A DNA stretch of 64,000 nt from an uncultured Acidobacteriota bacterium. GTDB taxonomy: Bacteria > Acidobacteriota > Terriglobia > UBA7540. Both the position numbers and the translations under genes were made by a program. Below the pieces are notes generated by a model. That model was not told where the DNA came from and searched no databases. It saw only the letters and a list, made by a program, of their open reading frames with translations. Positions within the stretch are counted from its first letter, which is position 1. The number at the start of each line of letters is the position of its first letter. Location: the NCBI GenBank assembly GCA_963804995.1, contig CAWDSK010000003.1:288001-352000 (forward strand). Reading direction: 5' to 3'. Below, piece after piece: positions 60,433 to 64,000 of the stretch.

Positions 60433-60631
60433 GCGAAGTTCGTGTCAAGCCCAAATTCCGCTTCTGAGCACCAGCAAGCCAGTTTCTTAATTCAAAATTT
60501 AGAATTCAGAATTCATAACTCAGAACTCATAACTTAGAATTCCAGCTTCACAGTTCCCCATCGCGTCACAATCGCGCATATAATACCCGGCTCGGATTCT
60601 GGCAAGTACGACAATTGGAGGAGACGCATTC

Positions 60632-61381
60632 ATGTATAAGCTGGTGTTATTGCGGCACGGAGAAAGCATTTGGAACAAGGAGAACCTCTTTACCGGCTGG
60701 ACGGACGTGGGGCTGAGCGAAAAGGGCCTGCAGGAAGCGGTGGACGGTGGCCGCCAGCTTCGCAAAGACGGCTTCGTTTTCGATGTGGCGTACACGTCGG
60801 TGTTGAAGCGCGCCATCAAGACGCTGTGGGTGGCGCTCGAAGAAATGGACCAGATGTATATTCCCATCCACAACACCTGGCGGCTGAACGAGCGCCATTA
60901 CGGAGCGTTGCAGGGACTGAACAAAGCTCAGACCGCTGAGAAGTACGGTGAGGCGCAGGTAAAGATCTGGCGGCGCAGTTACGACATCCAGCCGCCCGCG
61001 CTTACGCCTGACGACGATCGCTATCCCGGCAAAGATCCTCGCTATGCCGGATTGACGCAGCAGGAATTGCCGCTCACCGAGTGCCTGAAAGACACGGTGG
61101 CGCGCACCCTGCCCTACTGGCATGAAACCATCGCGCCGGTGGTGCGCTCCGGCAAGCGCGTCATCATCGCTGCACATGGCAATAGCTTGCGCGGGCTCGT
61201 CAAATATCTGGATAACGTTTCGGAAGCGGAGATTGTGGGATTGAATATCCCTACGGGGATTCCACTGGTCTACGAACTGGACGATGAGTTGAAGCCGCTG
61301 CGGCACTATTATCTGGGCGATCCTGAGGCCGTAGCGCGCGCCGCGCAGGCCGTCGCCGACCAGGCAAAGCGCAAAAATTAA
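60632..61381 (+). CDS. gpmA: 2,3-bisphosphoglycerate-dependent phosphoglycerate mutase
   Basis: [46 protein letters not shown]. Confidence 0.97.
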   Translation: MYKLVLLRHGESIWNKENLFTGWTDVGLSEKGLQEAVDGGRQLRKDGFVFDVAYTSVLKRAIKTLWVALEEMDQMYIPIHNTWRLNERHYGALQGLNKAQTAEKYGEAQVKIWRRSYDIQPPALTPDDDRYPGKDPRYAGLTQQELPLTECLKDTVARTLPYWHETIAPVVRSGKRVIIAAHGNSLRGLVKYLDNVSEAEIVGLNIPTGIPLVYELDDELKPLRHYYLGDPEAVARAAQAVADQAKRKN

Positions 61382-61400
61382 GAGTGCTGTCAGGAAAATG

Positions 61401-61612
61401 CTCCCCTCCTCAGATGAGGAGGGGTGGCGCGCCGAGCGCCGGGGTGGTGCTGACAAGAGAAATGGGTCGTGCTGATCCTGGCGGCAAGCCGCCCGGCGAA
61501 TGAAATAACCACCCGAGGTGCCCACGTAACCACCCCGTCGCCTACGGCGCCACCCCTCCTAAATCAGGAGGGGAGTTTTTCACGAACTCCCCTCCTCAGA
61601 TGAGGAGGGGAG
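61401..61612. repeat. cluster of CTCCCCTCCT-N5-AGGAGGGG palindromes
   Basis: Copies at 61401-61453, about 61530-61576 and about 61587-61612; also about 46521-46557 and inside the R-M gene. Confidence 0.85.
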
Positions 61613-61721
61613 CATTTTCGTGACACCAAGCGGCAGACCCGCGTCGACCATTCGAGAAGTTCGCTTAATTGGATGGGTTTACCCGCGCACCTCCCCACTC
61701 ATCCCCGCCGCTGCGAGCTGT

Positions 61722-63572
61722 CTAGGGCGTACTCTGCGTCGGCGGGGCGTGTCGCGAGAACATTTCCTCGATCGCATCGCGAAATTTCTCTTCCACGACC
61801 CGCCGTTTCACTTTCAAGGTCGCAGACATATCGCCGTCCGCCATGGTCAGTTCCTGGGGCAGCAGCACGATCTGGCGAATCCGCTCGTGAGGAGGCAGCC
61901 AGCGCGTAGTCTCGTCCACAAGCTGTTGCATAAAGGAGCAAATCTCCGGGTGCGCCACAAGTTCCGCGCGGCTTCCGAACGTCAGTTGATGCGCCCGCGC
62001 GTGGTCTTCCAGGCGCGTGAAGTTCGGCACCACGAGCGCACCCACAAATTTTCGCGCGTACCCCAGCACCACAATCTGGGATACATAAGGATGGCTCTGG
62101 AACAGGTTTTCGAGTTTTTCCGGAGAAACGTATTTGCCACCCGAAGTCTTAAAGAGGTTCTTCAAGCGGCCTGTGATGCGAAGATATCCCTCAGCGTCCA
62201 TGGCGCCCAGGTCGCCGGTATGAAACCAGCCATTCTGGAAGGCGGCGCGAGTCTCCTCTTCCAGATGGTAGTAGCCCGGCGAGACGTTGGGCCCTCGAAC
62301 CAGGATTTCGCGTCCTACTTCCCCGTCGGGCTCATGGCTCGCTTCACCGAACTGCACTTCAACTCCCGGAAGCAGCGGACCCACGGTTCCTAGCTTGGTG
62401 TGCCCCCGATAATTGAGGGACACCACCGGAGAGGTCTCCGTCAGCCCATAGCCCTCGTACACCGGCAACCCCATGGCATAAAAAAATTCCGCCAATTCCT
62501 TTGCCAGGGGAGCGGAGCCTGACGCCAGAATCGCAATTCGGCCGCCCAGTTGTTCACGCACTTTGGAGAAAATTAGCTTGTCCGCAATCGCATGCTGCAA
62601 GCGCAAGAGCAAGGGCAAACTTCGGAGCTTGAGACGGTAAGGAAATGCTTGCTTGCCCACTCCTAAGGCCCAGTAAAAGATTTTCCGCCGAGCTGCCGGA
62701 GCGGTGCGGACGACGTCCATGACCCGGTCGTGAATCTTCTCGAGCACGCGCGGCACGACGCCCATCAACGTGGGCCGGACCTCGCGCAGGTTTTGCGGCA
62801 TCGCCTCCAGGCTTTCCGCGTAGGCGATCGAAGTGCCCGTCCAGAAACAGAGGTAGTCGAGCGTGCGTTCCAGGATGTGGCTGAGCGGCAGCAGCGACAT
62901 GGCCACATCATCGCGCGTCAGCGGGAAACGCTGCTGGCAGGCCAGCACGTTGGAAGCAATGTTGGCGTGGGTCAGGATGACACCCTTGGGCTGGCCCATC
63001 GTGCCGGAGGTGTAAAGGATGGTGGCGATGTCGTCGGGCTGCGCGGCCAGCGCCTTGGCCTTGAAGGACTCAACGGCGTTCCCCAGCCAGAGGAGCGCAA
63101 GGGCAATGCTGCTCTCCCAACATTCCGCGTCGGCCCCTTCAAGATTGGAGCAGTTCATCCCCAGAACGAATTTCAAGTCCGGCAGGTGGGGCCGCACGTT
63201 CACGATTTTCTGAAGCTGCACTTCCGTGGCCAGCACGATGCCTTTCGCCCCGGAATCACGCAGGATGTATTCGATGTCGGGCTCAAGCAGCGTGGTGTAG
63301 ATCGGCACTGGAATCGCGCCCAGGCCCAGGAGCGCGTAATCAGTCAGCGCCCACTCCACACGATTCTCTGAGAGGATGGCCACGCGGTCGCCGCGCTCAA
63401 CCTGCAGGCGTTCCAGCACCGAGGCCAGTGCCGCCACTTTGCGCAGCGCGTCCGCCGAGGATAGTCCCTGAAAGCACCCCTCGGTCTTAGAGAGGAAACA
63501 GTCCGGCTTGCGGTGCCGCTCAACTGCTTTCAGGAACATCTCGTTGAGCGTTCTGAATTCGTGCAGGACCAT
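61722..63572 (-). CDS. long-chain fatty acid--CoA ligase (AMP-dependent synthetase)
   Basis: ILYTSGTMGQPKGV, LPLSHILER, YEGYGLTETSP, WFHTGDLG, ITGRLK..FKTSGGKYVSP. Confidence 0.93.
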   Translation of the reverse strand: MVLHEFRTLNEMFLKAVERHRKPDCFLSKTEGCFQGLSSADALRKVAALASVLERLQVERGDRVAILSENRVEWALTDYALLGLGAIPVPIYTTLLEPDIEYILRDSGAKGIVLATEVQLQKIVNVRPHLPDLKFVLGMNCSNLEGADAECWESSIALALLWLGNAVESFKAKALAAQPDDIATILYTSGTMGQPKGVILTHANIASNVLACQQRFPLTRDDVAMSLLPLSHILERTLDYLCFWTGTSIAYAESLEAMPQNLREVRPTLMGVVPRVLEKIHDRVMDVVRTAPAARRKIFYWALGVGKQAFPYRLKLRSLPLLLRLQHAIADKLIFSKVREQLGGRIAILASGSAPLAKELAEFFYAMGLPVYEGYGLTETSPVVSLNYRGHTKLGTVGPLLPGVEVQFGEASHEPDGEVGREILVRGPNVSPGYYHLEEETRAAFQNGWFHTGDLGAMDAEGYLRITGRLKNLFKTSGGKYVSPEKLENLFQSHPYVSQIVVLGYARKFVGALVVPNFTRLEDHARAHQLTFGSRAELVAHPEICSFMQQLVDETTRWLPPHERIRQIVLLPQELTMADGDMSATLKVKRRVVEEKFRDAIEEMFSRHAPPTQSTP

Positions 63573-63871
63573 GGAGTTGTAAGAATCGACTGCTTTGCCC
63601 CCGGAATGGTTGCTGTCGTCGCGCTGAGCTTTAGCTCAGCACATTCCGACTACAAGTGCCGACCTGAAGGTCGGCGCCACAAGTACATTCCGACCTCCCG
63701 ACCCAGTCGGGCCAAGTTCCGGTCAGCCCTACTTTGCTACAGAATTCGCCATCTTAACATATTCTTTTGGTGCGGACCCTTCCCTGGCCGGGTAGACATC
63801 ACGGTGGAATTGTGGTGACGCGCCCACCAGGTCCAATATCCCCTCTAAAGGAATTAACAAATAATCATGTA

Positions 63872-63900
63872 TTGACAACTTTTATGATATAAGGTATATT
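63872..63900 (+). promoter_or_regulatory. sigma70 promoter for a gene continuing beyond the window
   Basis: TTGACA-N17-TATATT; an ATG at 63948 opens a frame that runs off the end. Confidence 0.6.
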
Positions 63901-64000
63901 AAATTCTCCTGACCGAAAGCTTACAGAACTGAAAGGATGTGCCTCCCATGGGACGCCAAGCAACAACACGACAACCGACTCCTCTTCCTGCAACCCCGAA

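Overview
GC-rich chromosomal region whose gene content (carboxypeptidase-domain TonB receptor, wHTH-Ser/Thr kinase-TPR protein, DUF2911, MqnD) suggests an Acidobacteriota-like organism (inference). It is mostly housekeeping: ackA, an ABC-2 exporter, mqnD, a sulfite/nitrite reductase, ccsA-hemA-hemC-hemD, a cold-shock protein, a two-component system, leuB/leuA with a divergent LysR, gpmA and an acyl-CoA ligase. Many short palindromic repeat (REP/MITE-like) families are laid over it. Four things stand out. (1) An unannotated Cys-Cys-Cys leader peptide lies between a near-consensus sigma70 promoter and an intrinsic terminator, directly upstream of the reductase, which looks like a cysteine-sensing attenuator. 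(2) A REP-associated HUH tyrosine transposase (RAYT) with nine cognate REPs sits in a rearranged, apparently chimeric restriction-modification locus. (3) REP-type elements are inserted in frame in coding sequences, four in one kinase gene and others in the R-M gene. (4) A complete group II intron is inserted precisely inside a REP of an inverted REP doublet. No rRNA, tRNA or CRISPR array was recognised. All family assignments come from motif recognition by eye, not database searches.
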